64,000 nucleotides of DNA, from NCBI GenBank assembly GCA_048291725.1, contig DBEZXW010000076.1:5733-69732 (forward strand), given 5' to 3'. The position numbers and the translations under genes are program-made. The stretch comes from Collinsella sp. Lineage in GTDB: Bacteria > Actinomycetota > Coriobacteriia > Coriobacteriales > Coriobacteriaceae. The notes under the pieces were generated by a model, which saw nothing but the letters and a program-made list of their open reading frames with translations, searched no databases and was not told the origin of the DNA. This document shows positions 17,590 to 27,413 of the stretch, piece by piece (within the stretch, counting starts at the first letter, position 1; each line of letters begins with the position of its first letter).

Positions 17590-19002
17590 TTAGCCGTAGA
17601 TGCGCTGGGGCTGTTCTTCACCCTTGACGGAGGCTTCGGTCACGATGACCTTGGCGACTCCCTCCTCGCTGGGCAGGTCGAACATCGTCTGCTGCAGCAC
17701 GTCCTCGCAGATGGAGCGCAGGCCGCGGGCGCCGGTCTTGCGGGCGAGCGCCATGCGGGCGATCTCGTGCAGGGCGGCGTCCTCAAACTCCAGGTCCACG
17801 TCCTCGAGCTGGAACATCTTACGATACTGGCGCACCACGGCGTTCTTGGGCTCGGTCAGGATCGACACCAGGTCGTCCTCGTCGAGCGCCTGCGTCTGGG
17901 TGACGACAGGCGTACGGCCCACGAACTCAGGAATCATGCCAAAGGCGTTGAGGTCCTGCGGGAGTACCTGGCGCAGCAGGTCGTTCTCGTCGACCGAGGT
18001 GGGGCCGGCAATCTCGGAGTTAAAGCCCACGCCCTTGTTGCCCACGCGGTCGGCGATGATCTTGTCCAGGCCCACAAAGGCACCGCCGCAGATAAACAGG
18101 ATGTTGGTCGTGTCGATCTGCAACAGTTCCTGCTGGGGATGCTTACGGCCGCCAGTGGGCGGAACGCTTGCCACCGTGCCCTCAAGAATCTTCAGCAGTG
18201 CCTGCTGAACGCCCTCACCCGAAACGTCGCGGGTGATGGAGAGATTCTCGGCCTTGCGGGCAATCTTGTCGATCTCATCGACATAGATGATGCCGACCTG
18301 CGCGCGCTCAATATCGCCATCGGCAGCGTTGATGAGTTTGAGCAGGATGTTCTCCACGTCCTCGCCCACGTAACCGGCCTCGGTGAGCGCAGTAGCGTCG
18401 GCAATGGCAAACGGCACCTCGAGGATGCGCGCGAGCGTCTGGGCGAGCAGGGTCTTACCGGTACCGGTAGGGCCGAGCAGCAAGATGTTGGACTTGGCGA
18501 GCTCCACCTCGTCCATGTCATCGTCGAGCTGGCCGCCCATACCGTCAGCCTCGTCAAAGGCCGAAAGCGCGGCGCCGCCCTCGATCACGCGGCGATAGTG
18601 GTTGTACACGGCAACCGACATGGCGCGCTTGGCGTCCTCCTGGCCCATGACATAAGCCGAAAGCTCGTCATAGATCTCGTGCGGCGTCGGCACATGCGTA
18701 ATGACCTGGCGGTCGTCCTCGAGCTCAAAGCCCTCGGTCTCGGGGTCCACGGCGGGCCGGGATGCAGCCTGGCCGTGGTCGTTGAGGAAACCCGGGAGAT
18801 TGCCGTTGCGGGCAGCGTCCATAAAGTCCGAAGCCAGCGACTCCTCCAGAATCTCGGAACAGGCGGCAACGCACTCGTCGCAGATAAAGATGTTGGTCGG
18901 ACCCTTAACAAGGCGACGAACCTGCCCCTGCTCTTTTCCGCAGAAGGAGCAGCGGATGGGGTTGCCGTTCTCGTCGAAGCCGTCCTGCATGTTACCGGCC
19001 AT
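17590..19002 (-). CDS. clpX: ATP-dependent Clp protease ATP-binding subunit ClpX
   Basis: N-terminal zinc-binding CSFCGK...CDEC, Walker [12 protein letters not shown], and full-length ClpX similarity. The start ATG at 19002 lies 1 nt after the clpP stop. Confidence 0.95.
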   Translation of the reverse strand: MAGNMQDGFDENGNPIRCSFCGKEQGQVRRLVKGPTNIFICDECVAACSEILEESLASDFMDAARNGNLPGFLNDHGQAASRPAVDPETEGFELEDDRQVITHVPTPHEIYDELSAYVMGQEDAKRAMSVAVYNHYRRVIEGGAALSAFDEADGMGGQLDDDMDEVELAKSNILLLGPTGTGKTLLAQTLARILEVPFAIADATALTEAGYVGEDVENILLKLINAADGDIERAQVGIIYVDEIDKIARKAENLSITRDVSGEGVQQALLKILEGTVASVPPTGGRKHPQQELLQIDTTNILFICGGAFVGLDKIIADRVGNKGVGFNSEIAGPTSVDENDLLRQVLPQDLNAFGMIPEFVGRTPVVTQTQALDEDDLVSILTEPKNAVVRQYRKMFQLEDVDLEFEDAALHEIARMALARKTGARGLRSICEDVLQQTMFDLPSEEGVAKVIVTEASVKGEEQPQRIYG

Positions 19003-19003
19003 C

Positions 19004-19636
19004 CTAGGCGTCCTTAGCGGCAAGGTCGCGCGAGGTGACAATGCGGTCGATCAGACCGTAGTCGAGGGCCTCAGCAGCCGTGAGGTAGTTATCGCGCTCG
19101 GTATCGGCCTGGACCTTCTCGATGGGCTGGCCCGATGCGTCGGACAGAATCTGGTTGAGCTCGCGGCGGGTCTTCTTGATCTCCTCGGCCACAATCTCGA
19201 TCTCGGTCTGCTGGCCCTGCGCACCGCCGCTGGGCTGGTGAATCATGACCTTGGAGTGCGGCAGGCAGAAGCGCTTGCCCTTGGCGCCGGCCGAAAGCAG
19301 CACCGCGGCCATGGAAGCGGCCATACCGACGCAGATGGTGGAGACCTGCGGCTTGATGAAGTTCATGGTGTCCAGAATCGCCAGGCCGGAGTAGACCTCG
19401 CCGCCGGGCGAATTGATGTAGAGCGAGATATCCTTCTCGGCATCCTGGCTCTCAAGATGCAGCAGCTGGGCAACGACCAGGTTGGCGCTGACGGAGCTGA
19501 TCTCCTCGCCCAAGAAGATGATGCGGTCGTTGAGCAGGCGCGAATAGATATCGTAGCTGCGCTCGCCGCGCGGCGTCTGCTCGATAACGTATGGCACGAG
19601 GGCGGAATCGAACTTAGCGATCATACGCATCTCCAT
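19004..19636 (-). CDS. clpP: ATP-dependent Clp protease proteolytic subunit
   Basis: [30 protein letters not shown] and the catalytic-region GMAASMAA. The true start may be the ATG at 19624 (MIAKFD), which has a better-spaced GGAG. Confidence 0.95.
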   Translation of the reverse strand: MEMRMIAKFDSALVPYVIEQTPRGERSYDIYSRLLNDRIIFLGEEISSVSANLVVAQLLHLESQDAEKDISLYINSPGGEVYSGLAILDTMNFIKPQVSTICVGMAASMAAVLLSAGAKGKRFCLPHSKVMIHQPSGGAQGQQTEIEIVAEEIKKTRRELNQILSDASGQPIEKVQADTERDNYLTAAEALDYGLIDRIVTSRDLAAKDA

Positions 19637-19669
19637 TTCTCTTACGGACCAATAGTGGTTCTAGACAAA

Positions 19670-19710
19670 CGTACGGTGCCCGCATGCTATGCATTGGCTG
19701 GCACCGTACG
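19670..19710 (-). terminator. Hairpin downstream of tig
   Basis: CGTACGGTGCC (19670-19680) pairs perfectly with GGCACCGTACG (19700-19710). Confidence 0.6.
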
Positions 19711-19786
19711 AAGCAACCGGATAACCGGTGTATAACTTTACCCCATCACGGGCACATGCATGCGCTCGCGGGCAAGGTGGCGAGAA

Positions 19787-21100
19787 TTACTCGGCGTCCT
19801 TGGCGGTCTCGTCGACCTCGGTCACCTTGGCGTTCTCGACCAGGTGGTCGACGGCCTTGGAGCGGCGGATGGACTCACGGACAGCAGGCATGCGGCCATC
19901 GGCGATGAACTCGGCCTTGGAAGCCTCGACGTCCTTGACGCCAGCCTTCTCGAACTCGGCGTTGACGTCGTCCTCGGTGACCTCGATCTTGAGCTCACGG
20001 GCGAGGGCGTCGAGCGCCAGGGACTCGCGGGCAACGTCATTGGCCTGCTTGTGCAGGTCGCCGACGAACTGCTCCATGGTCAGGCCGGAAGCCGGCAGCC
20101 AGGTGTCCAGCGTCATGCCGCGGGCAGCGAGGTTGGACAGGAAGTTCTGGCCAAGCTCCTCAAAGACGGACTGCTCGTAGTCGGCGTCCATCTCGTCGAG
20201 CTGCAGACGCTCGGCAAGAGCGGCGACGCAACGGTTCTCCTTCTCGGCCGGAAGGCGGGAAGCCTTGTCCTGCTCGATCTCGAGCTTGATGGCGTCGCGC
20301 ATAGCGTCGATGTTGTCGAAGCCAAAGTCGGACTTGACGAGCTCGTCGGTGAGCTCGGGGGTGTTGCGGACCTTGATGCCCTTGACGGTGACCTCGACGG
20401 TGTGGGTCTCGGCCTCCTCGCCCTCCTCGGCCTCGTCGGTCCAGGTGACGGACTTGACGTCGTCAACGTTAGCGCCGATCAGGGCCTCGTTGAACTCCTT
20501 GGGGTTGCTGTCGCTACCGGCGATGAGCATGCGGCCCTCGGCGGCAAAGTTGTCGGCGTTCTCGACGGCCTTGAGGTCGACGGTCACATAGTCGTCAGCC
20601 TCGACGGCGCGACCCTCGACGTCCTCGAAGGTAGCACGGTAGTTGAGGAGCATCTCGACCTGGTTGTTGATCTCGGACTCGGTGACCTCCGCGGGAGGCA
20701 TCTCGATCTCGACGGCGTCGAAAGAGGAGAGCTCGGCAGCAGGACGCAGGGAGAACTCGACGGTGTAGGTGTAGTCCTCGTGATCCTTGGCGAGGTCGAG
20801 CTCCTTGTAGTCACCGTTCTTGGTGGGGACGATGTCCAGCTCGTTGAGGACGGCGGGCTCGTTGGCGGCGATCAGGTCGTTGGTGGCCTGAGCGAGGGTA
20901 GCCTCAGCGCCAAGTGCGGAGTCGATGACCGGACGGGGAGCCTTACCGGCACGGAAGCCCGGGAAGCGGTACTTCTTGGCGGTGTCCTTGTAGGCCTTCT
21001 TGATCGCGGCGTCGACGTCGGCGGCCGGGATGGTGACCGTAGCGGTGAGCTTGGCGTCCTTGACGTCAGAAGCGGTGATGTTCAACACGTTCCTCCTCAT
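19787..21100 (-). CDS. tig: Trigger factor
   Basis: GFRAGKAPRPVI ribosome-binding signature and full-length trigger factor architecture. The ATG at 21100 is followed by AGGAGGAACGTGTTG, so translation may start at the internal TTG/GTG near 21085-21088. Confidence 0.9.
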   Translation of the reverse strand: MRRNVLNITASDVKDAKLTATVTIPAADVDAAIKKAYKDTAKKYRFPGFRAGKAPRPVIDSALGAEATLAQATNDLIAANEPAVLNELDIVPTKNGDYKELDLAKDHEDYTYTVEFSLRPAAELSSFDAVEIEMPPAEVTESEINNQVEMLLNYRATFEDVEGRAVEADDYVTVDLKAVENADNFAAEGRMLIAGSDSNPKEFNEALIGANVDDVKSVTWTDEAEEGEEAETHTVEVTVKGIKVRNTPELTDELVKSDFGFDNIDAMRDAIKLEIEQDKASRLPAEKENRCVAALAERLQLDEMDADYEQSVFEELGQNFLSNLAARGMTLDTWLPASGLTMEQFVGDLHKQANDVARESLALDALARELKIEVTEDDVNAEFEKAGVKDVEASKAEFIADGRMPAVRESIRRSKAVDHLVENAKVTEVDETAKDAE

Positions 21101-21176
21101 ACTGCCCAGCTTATCTGAGGTGCTGGTACCTTTATGCAACAAAGTGTCGCGACGGCCAAGGCCGACGCAGGTGCGA

Positions 21177-21260
21177 TGGTGCGGGCGAAAGGACTCGAAC
21201 CTTCACGGGAATCCCACCAGAACCTAAATCTGGCGCGTCTACCAATTCCGCCACGCCCGC
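21177..21260 (-). tRNA. tRNA-Leu (anticodon TAG)
   Basis: Reverse strand reads GCGGGCGTGGCGGAATTGGTAGACGCGCCAGATTTAGGTTCTGGTGGGATTCCCGTGAAGGTTCGAGTCCTTTCGCCCGCACCA. Features are a long variable arm, anticodon loop TTTAGGT, and an encoded CCA. Confidence 0.9.
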
Positions 21261-21346
21261 ATGAACGCACAGACTAGGAATGATAGCAGATACGAACGGT
21301 AAGCGCACGCACACCTTTTTCAGGCTCACGACCTCACCACGAGTGC

Positions 21347-21371
21347 AAAAGGCGGGACGAGTTGCCCCGCC
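21347..21371 (-). terminator. Terminator after the molybdenum hydroxylase gene
   Basis: Minus strand reads GGCGGG-GCAACTCGT-CCCGCC followed by TTTTG. Confidence 0.6.
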
Positions 21372-21400
21372 CCGCCCATTACGACTTGTTCGCTGACCCG

Positions 21401-24232
21401 CTACTCCCCCAGCAGGGCCTTCTCGGGCGTGATCGGCAACGAGCGAACCTGGTGGCCGGTGGCGTGTGCCACGGCCGAGGCCACGGCGGCGAGCGGCGTG
21501 TTGATGACGACCTCGCCGATCGACTTGGCGCCAAACGGGCCCGTCGGCTCGTAGCTCGGCTCAAAGGCCACGCGAATACTGCCGATATCCAGGCGCGTGG
21601 GCAGCTTGTAGCTCATAAAGTTGCCGGTGCGCAGGCGGCCGCGCTCATCATGCTCGACGATTTCGTAGAGCGCGTGACCGATACCCTGGGCAATGCCGCC
21701 CTCGGCCTGGACGCGCGCGAGCGCCTCATTGATCACGGTGCCGCAGTCCACAGCCGCCGCGTAGTCCACCACGGTCACCTTGCCGGTAGCCTTGTCGACC
21801 TCGACCTCGGCAATGCCGGCCATAAAAGGCGGAGGCGAAACGGGCAGGCAGGCAGAGGCGTGCGAAGTGAGCGCGTCGCCGCCCGCGATATTCTTGACGC
21901 ACAGGTTGGCAAAGTCGCGCAGCGTGAGGTAGCGGTTCTGCTCGCGCGCGGCACGCTCGTCGGACAGGCGCACGTACTGACCATCAAAGACCACGTCGGC
22001 GGCGTTCACGTCCCACATCTGGGCGGCCTTAGTGCAGATCTTCTCGCGCAGCTCGGTCGCGGCATTCTTGGCTGCCAGGCCCGTCACGTACGTGCCCGAG
22101 CTCGCGTACGAGCCGGCGTCGAACGGCGACACGTCGGTGTCCACGCCGCGCACCACAATGAGCGAGCTTTCAACGCCCAGCTCCTCGGCGGCAATCTGCG
22201 CCAGGATCGTATCGACGCCCATGCCGTTATCGGTGGCGCCGGTGCCGATGGTAATGAAGCCGTCCTCTTCCAGGCGCATGTCGATGCCGGCGATATCTAC
22301 GTTGGAAATGCCCGAGCCCTGCATGGTGAGCGCGCAGCCCAGAGCACGCACGCGGTCGCCTAGGTCGACGGCCAGCGGCTTGTCGCGCCAACCAATCATG
22401 TCCATCGCGCGCAGCAGGCAGCGGTCGAGCGCGCAGGCGTTGAGTTTCTCGTTGTAGTACTGCGGCATGATCTCACCCTCGCGCACGATGTTCTTAAGGC
22501 GCAGGTCGGCGGGGTCCATGTGCAGTATGTCGGCGAGCTCGTTGACGGCGCTCTCCACGGCAAACTGGCCCTGGGTGGCACCGTAGCCGCGATACGCGCC
22601 GCCGCGGTTGGTGTTGGTGTAGACGGCGTCCCAGCTAAAGCGGCTCGCCTTCACGTGGTTGTAGATCGGCAGGCTCTTGTGGCCCGAAAGGCCGATCGTC
22701 GTGGTGGCGTGCTCGCCGTATGCGCCAGCGTTGGACAGCGTATGCAGGTCGATGGCCGTGATGGTGCCGTCGTTCATGGCGCCCAGCTTGACGGTCATCT
22801 GCATCTGGTGACGCGAGTTGCCCGCAGTGATGGTCTCCTCGCGGGTGTAGCAGCAATAGCTCGGACGGCCGGTCTGCTGGGTGACGAACGCCACGAAGAT
22901 CTCGCAGCAGCCCGTCTGCTTGGAGCCAAAGCCGCCGCCGATGCGCGGCTTAATGACCTGCACCTGCGACTGCGGGATATCGAGCGACTGCGCGACCATG
23001 CGGCGCACGTGGAAGGGCACCTGCGTGGAGGTGGTCACCGAGATGCGGCCGAACGCATCGGTCGTCGCGAAGGCGCGGAAGGTTTCCATGGGCGCAGTCT
23101 GCGTGGCCTGGCTGGTGTAAGTGCGCTCAAATACGATGTCGCTCTGGGCGAAGGCCTCGTCCAGGTTGCCATAATCGCTGGTACCGCTGCACACCAGGTT
23201 GCGCGGGACGTCGCCGCCCTGCGGGAACATAAAGGTCACGTCGCCTTCGGGGTGAACCACGATGTCGTTATCGAGTGCCTGGGTAAAGTCGAGCAGCGGC
23301 TCGAGCACCTCATAGTCGACCTTGATGAGCTTGAGCGCCTTGTCGGCGGCCTCCTCGGTCTCGGCGGCGACGATCGCCACCTCCTCGTTTTGGTAGCGCA
23401 CCAGGTTCTCGAGGATCAGGCGGTCGTAGGGTGAAGGCTGCGGATAGCTCTGGCCGGCGATGGTAAAGCGGCGCTGGGGCACGTCCTCGTAGGTGTAGAC
23501 GCCCACGACGCCGGGCACCTTCAGGGCACGCGACGTATCGATGGAGCGGATCCTGGCGCGGGCATAGGGGCTGCGCTTGAGCTTGACGATCAGCGCGCCG
23601 GCGGGCACCATGTCGCCCGTGTAGACGGGACGACCCTCGAGTAGGGCCTTCGAGTCCTTCTTGGGCTGCTTGTGGGTAATCTGCTTGTAGGAGACGCCGT
23701 CAGAGCTGGTGTCGTTGACCGGCAGCTCGGGCATCTCAAAGCCCACCTGCACGCCGGACTCGTTGAGAAAGCGCACGATGGCGCGCAGCTGGCTCTCGTA
23801 GCCGCTGCAACGGCAAAGGTTGCCGGCCAGCTGGCGCGACAGCTCCTCGCGTGTGGCGACGAGGCTCGGGTCCTCCTTGGCGGCGCGGGCGAGCGCCAGC
23901 ACGTTCATGATGAGGCCGGGGGCGCAAAAACCGCACTGCTCAGCGCCTTCGGCAGCCATTGCGCGGGCCAGTGCCTCGGACTCGGCCTTGAGGCCCTCGA
24001 GCGTGGTGATGGAGCGGCCCTCAACACGGGCGGCGGGAACCGAGCAGCTCAGCACCGGATCGCCGTCGAGCCACACCGTGCACAGGCCGCAGTTGGTGGT
24101 CTCGCAGGCGCAGCGCACCGACGCGCAGCCTTGTTCGCGCAACAGCGCAAAGAGCATGGTGTCGGGGGCAATCTGAACCTTGACCTTGCGGCCGTTGAGC
24201 GTAAAGGAAAGATCGATGAGTTTGGTAGCCAT
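21401..24232 (-). CDS. Molybdenum hydroxylase of the aldehyde oxidoreductase / xanthine dehydrogenase family, with fused N-terminal double [2Fe-2S] domain
   Basis: 943 aa. The N-terminus CETTNCGLCTV...CGFCAPG...CRCSGY gives the two 2Fe-2S motifs, followed by a molybdopterin-binding a/b-hammerhead and MoCo domains. The architecture resembles Desulfovibrio gigas-type AOR. Confidence 0.85.
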   Translation of the reverse strand: MATKLIDLSFTLNGRKVKVQIAPDTMLFALLREQGCASVRCACETTNCGLCTVWLDGDPVLSCSVPAARVEGRSITTLEGLKAESEALARAMAAEGAEQCGFCAPGLIMNVLALARAAKEDPSLVATREELSRQLAGNLCRCSGYESQLRAIVRFLNESGVQVGFEMPELPVNDTSSDGVSYKQITHKQPKKDSKALLEGRPVYTGDMVPAGALIVKLKRSPYARARIRSIDTSRALKVPGVVGVYTYEDVPQRRFTIAGQSYPQPSPYDRLILENLVRYQNEEVAIVAAETEEAADKALKLIKVDYEVLEPLLDFTQALDNDIVVHPEGDVTFMFPQGGDVPRNLVCSGTSDYGNLDEAFAQSDIVFERTYTSQATQTAPMETFRAFATTDAFGRISVTTSTQVPFHVRRMVAQSLDIPQSQVQVIKPRIGGGFGSKQTGCCEIFVAFVTQQTGRPSYCCYTREETITAGNSRHQMQMTVKLGAMNDGTITAIDLHTLSNAGAYGEHATTTIGLSGHKSLPIYNHVKASRFSWDAVYTNTNRGGAYRGYGATQGQFAVESAVNELADILHMDPADLRLKNIVREGEIMPQYYNEKLNACALDRCLLRAMDMIGWRDKPLAVDLGDRVRALGCALTMQGSGISNVDIAGIDMRLEEDGFITIGTGATDNGMGVDTILAQIAAEELGVESSLIVVRGVDTDVSPFDAGSYASSGTYVTGLAAKNAATELREKICTKAAQMWDVNAADVVFDGQYVRLSDERAAREQNRYLTLRDFANLCVKNIAGGDALTSHASACLPVSPPPFMAGIAEVEVDKATGKVTVVDYAAAVDCGTVINEALARVQAEGGIAQGIGHALYEIVEHDERGRLRTGNFMSYKLPTRLDIGSIRVAFEPSYEPTGPFGAKSIGEVVINTPLAAVASAVAHATGHQVRSLPITPEKALLGE

Positions 24233-25146
24233 TAGCGCACCTCGCTAGAATCGACGCCGGGCACGCGGCGGCAGGAATACTCGTCCGTGGCAAACTTGGG
24301 AATCTGCACGCCCTCGAGCTCGTGGGCAAGCGCGGCCGAAAGCTCGATGCCGGCGGCGCGGCGCACGGCCTGAATCGCCAACGGGGCCGAGATGCGGCGG
24401 CGGTAGTCGGCCGAGCCCCACAGGTTGGTGCCGTAGCTCAGGGCGCGCACGGATGCGGCAAGGGCGCGAAGCTCGTCCTCGGAAGGCTGCTCGCTGGTAA
24501 GGCCGCATGCCTCGCCCTGCAGCAGGGTCGCGCGCAGCGGACGGGCGCCCACGGTGACGTGCCAGGAGCCGTCCCACCAGGCGGCGGTGACGTTTAAGGA
24601 GGGGAAGTCGGTCGCGGCCTTGCGCACGGCCTCGTAGCTCGCGCGGTAATCGTGCTTGACGACCACGACATGCTCGATAACGTCGCGCACGTAGCCCATC
24701 CGCACGAACTCCGCGAGCGGCACGCGACCGGCACCCGTCAGCTCAACATAGGAATCGAGCGCGAGGAAAGCGGAGAGCACGTCCGAAAAACCAAAGCGGC
24801 CGTAGATGCTGCCGCCCACCGTGGCGGTGTTGCGCAGCTGCACACCCACGATATCGTGGACGGCGAACTCAAAGACATTGTTGACAAGCGCGTTGAGCTC
24901 GGCATGACGCTCGAGCTGGCGCAGGGTGCACATGGCACCGATGCGAAACTCGGTCTCGGTCTCCTCGATCTGATCGAGTCCGCAGGCCGAAAGGTCAATC
25001 GCCGTCGCCACACGACGCGAACCCAGGCGCATCCAGATGCCGCCGCCCACAATCTTGTTGTTGCGGTTCTTCTGTAAGAGCTCATAGGCTTCGGCCGCGT
25101 TTCCAACACGGACGTAGGTACCGAACTTGAGCACGTTCTCCCCCAT
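24232..25146 (-). CDS. FAD-binding subunit of the molybdenum hydroxylase (CoxM/XdhB-like)
   Basis: 304 aa. FAD-binding PCMH-type pattern (IVGGGIWMRLG ... ATVGGSIY). Its stop overlaps the start of the large subunit (TAATG). Confidence 0.8.
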   Translation of the reverse strand: MGENVLKFGTYVRVGNAAEAYELLQKNRNNKIVGGGIWMRLGSRRVATAIDLSACGLDQIEETETEFRIGAMCTLRQLERHAELNALVNNVFEFAVHDIVGVQLRNTATVGGSIYGRFGFSDVLSAFLALDSYVELTGAGRVPLAEFVRMGYVRDVIEHVVVVKHDYRASYEAVRKAATDFPSLNVTAAWWDGSWHVTVGARPLRATLLQGEACGLTSEQPSEDELRALAASVRALSYGTNLWGSADYRRRISAPLAIQAVRRAAGIELSAALAHELEGVQIPKFATDEYSCRRVPGVDSSEVR

Positions 25147-25228
25147 CTCTTCACTTGTCCAGTACGTTTAAGTGTACCAAACGAGGAGCCGCACACCGTT
25201 TTAGGACAAAATCCACCCACCCATCCAT

Positions 25229-25297
25229 AACTTGCGGTGATATACGGACTGATTAGCCGTTCTGGGGCGCTAAACAGTCCGTATTTCACCGCAAGTT
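25229..25297. repeat. REP-like palindromic element, subfamily 1, copy C
   Basis: AACTTGCGGTGATATACGGACTG (25229-25251) against CAGTCCGTATTTCACCGCAAGTT (25275-25297). The G-to-C change relative to the family consensus is compensated in both arms. Confidence 0.9.
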
Positions 25298-25316
25298 ATG
25301 AGGAGTCCTCCGGGAT

Positions 25317-25350
25317 AGAAAAGGCTCCCAGCCAGATAGCTGGGAGCCTC
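25317..25350 (-). terminator. Rho-independent terminator of gdhA
   Basis: Minus strand reads GAGGCTCCCAGC-TATCTG-GCTGGGAGCC followed by TTTTCTAT. Confidence 0.75.
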
Positions 25351-25375
25351 ATCACATGCTATGTCGAGCGAAGAA

Positions 25376-26731
25376 TTAGCAGACGCCCTGTGCGAGCATG
25401 GCGTCGGCGACCTTCAGGAAGCCGGCGATGTTGGCGCCCATGACGAAGTTGCCCTCCTCGCCGTACTTCTTGGCGGTGTCGTCCACGTTGTGGAACATGC
25501 CGCGCATGAGCTGCTCGAGCTTGCCGTCGACCTCCTCGAAGGTCCAGGACAGGTGCTCGGCGTTCTGGCTCATCTCCAGGCCGGACACGAGCACGCCACC
25601 GGCGTTGGCAGCCTTACCGGGCATAAAGGCGACGCCGTTCTCCTGGAAGTAAGTCGTGGCCTCGATGGTCGTGGGCATGTTCGCGCCCTCGCCGACCACC
25701 TTGCAGCCGTTGGCGACGAGTGCCTGGGCGTCCTCGAGCAGCAGCGTGTTCTCGCGAGCGCAGGGCAGCGCGATATCGCAGGGAAGCTGCCACACGCCAC
25801 GGCCGTCACCCTCATGCCACGTGGCATTGGGCTTCTCGTCGACGTACATAGCGAGCGTAACGCCCTTGTCGTGGCCGGAGCGCTTCTTGTTGTAGACATG
25901 CTCGAGCACGGTGTAGTCGATGCCGTCGGGATCCTCGACCCAGCCATGGGTGTCGGAGCAGGCAAGCACCTTGCCGCCGAGCTGGGAGACCTTCTGGACA
26001 GCGTAAATGGCGACGTTACCGGAGCCGTGAACGACGACGTTCTTGCCCTCGAAGGAGTCGCCGCGGCTCTTGAGGTACTCATCCACAAAGTAGGCCAGAC
26101 CGTAGCCGGTAGCCTCGGTACGGGCGAGCGAGCCGCCAAAGGAGAGGCCCTTGCCGGTAAGGACGCCGGTCCACTCGTTGGTCAGGCGCTTGTACTGACC
26201 GAACAGGTAGGCAACCTCGCGGCCGCCAACGCCCAGGTCGCCGGCGGGAACGTCGGTGTTGGGACCAATGTGGCGATAGAGCTCGGTCATGAAGGACTGG
26301 CAGAAGTGCATGATCTCGTTGTTGGACTTGCCCTTGGGGTCAAAGTCGGAGCCGCCCTTGCCGCCGCCCATGGGAAGGGTGGTCAGGCTGTTCTTGAGGA
26401 TCTGCTCCAGACCCAGGAACTTGAGCATGCCCAGGGTGACCGTCGGGTTAAAGCGCAGGCCGCCCTTGTAGGGTCCAATGGCAGAGTTGAACTCGACGCG
26501 GTAGCCGCGGTTGACCTGGACCTTGCCCTGGTCGTCGACCCAGGGAACACGGAACATAACGATGCGCTCGGGCTCGACGAGGCGCTCAAGCAGGGCGGCC
26601 TCCTCGTACTCGGGATGGGCGTCGAGTGCCGGCTGGATGGTGCCGAGGATCTCGGTCGCGGCCTGGATGAACTCAGGCTGCTCGGGATAGCGGGCCTTGA
26701 GCTCGTCGAGAACTTTCTGCGTGTAGCTCAT
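25376..26731 (-). CDS. gdhA: NADP-specific glutamate dehydrogenase
   Basis: GGGKGGSDFDPKGKS catalytic-lysine motif and full-length GdhA similarity. Start at the ATG at 26731 (MSYTQKV) after GGAGGAAGC. Confidence 0.95.
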   Translation of the reverse strand: MSYTQKVLDELKARYPEQPEFIQAATEILGTIQPALDAHPEYEEAALLERLVEPERIVMFRVPWVDDQGKVQVNRGYRVEFNSAIGPYKGGLRFNPTVTLGMLKFLGLEQILKNSLTTLPMGGGKGGSDFDPKGKSNNEIMHFCQSFMTELYRHIGPNTDVPAGDLGVGGREVAYLFGQYKRLTNEWTGVLTGKGLSFGGSLARTEATGYGLAYFVDEYLKSRGDSFEGKNVVVHGSGNVAIYAVQKVSQLGGKVLACSDTHGWVEDPDGIDYTVLEHVYNKKRSGHDKGVTLAMYVDEKPNATWHEGDGRGVWQLPCDIALPCARENTLLLEDAQALVANGCKVVGEGANMPTTIEATTYFQENGVAFMPGKAANAGGVLVSGLEMSQNAEHLSWTFEEVDGKLEQLMRGMFHNVDDTAKKYGEEGNFVMGANIAGFLKVADAMLAQGVC

Positions 26732-26988
26732 GCTTCCTCCAATTGATGGAAAAGAAAAGTGTCGTTCGAGGCGCCCCATGCGCCGCGAGCTTTATCGAGT
26801 ATGGATAATATCGCACTGTTGCAACAAAGTTTCGCATAAGCCGACGAGCAGATGTTTCGTTTTGATTACGATGCAGGTAGAAGCGTTTTTGAGCACCCGA
26901 CGCACAAATCGCGTGTTTCAAACCTGTTTCGTCCACGTGTTCCAAACCACCACATTGGGGACAGGCACCTTTGTGGTGGTGTGGGTGG

Positions 26989-27399
26989 TTAGAGGACGAG
27001 CTGATGGTAGTCGGCGGGGGTTATGCGGCCTTCGGTGGCAGCGCGGAAGGCGGCAAGCGCATCGCCCGAGAACGGCATGGCCCAGCATAGCCCGCAGCCG
27101 GCGGTGATGGAGCCGGGCAGCGGCATGATGCGCCCGGGCACACCGGCGGCAAGACACAGCTGCTCGCATTCCATCACATCGAAGGTGCTATCGAACGAAA
27201 CGATAATCTTGCGCTCGTGGTCGAGGGCATCACCGGACGGGCCGCCGCGGTGTGCCTCACGATACGCCGCGGCGGCCGCTTCCTCTTCCGCAGTATGTCC
27301 ACAGCCACCGCAGCCGCAGGTACAGGGCTCGGACCCATCGCAAGCGCAAGGTTCCCCGGTATCGGGGCAAATATCATGTGACACGGCATCTCCCGTCAT
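26989..27399 (-). CDS. DUF3343 (putative Se/S carrier-like) domain protein with Cys-rich N-terminal extension
   Basis: The C-terminal part KIIVSFDSTFDVMECEQLCLAAGVPGRIMPLPGSITAGCGLCW matches the DUF3343 pattern (PxP...CG). The N-terminus ICPDTGEPCACDGSEPCTCGCGGCGH has 7 Cys in about 25 residues. Confidence 0.7.
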   Translation of the reverse strand: MTGDAVSHDICPDTGEPCACDGSEPCTCGCGGCGHTAEEEAAAAAYREAHRGGPSGDALDHERKIIVSFDSTFDVMECEQLCLAAGVPGRIMPLPGSITAGCGLCWAMPFSGDALAAFRAATEGRITPADYHQLVL

Positions 27400-27413
27400 C
27401 GATGTGTGCAGAT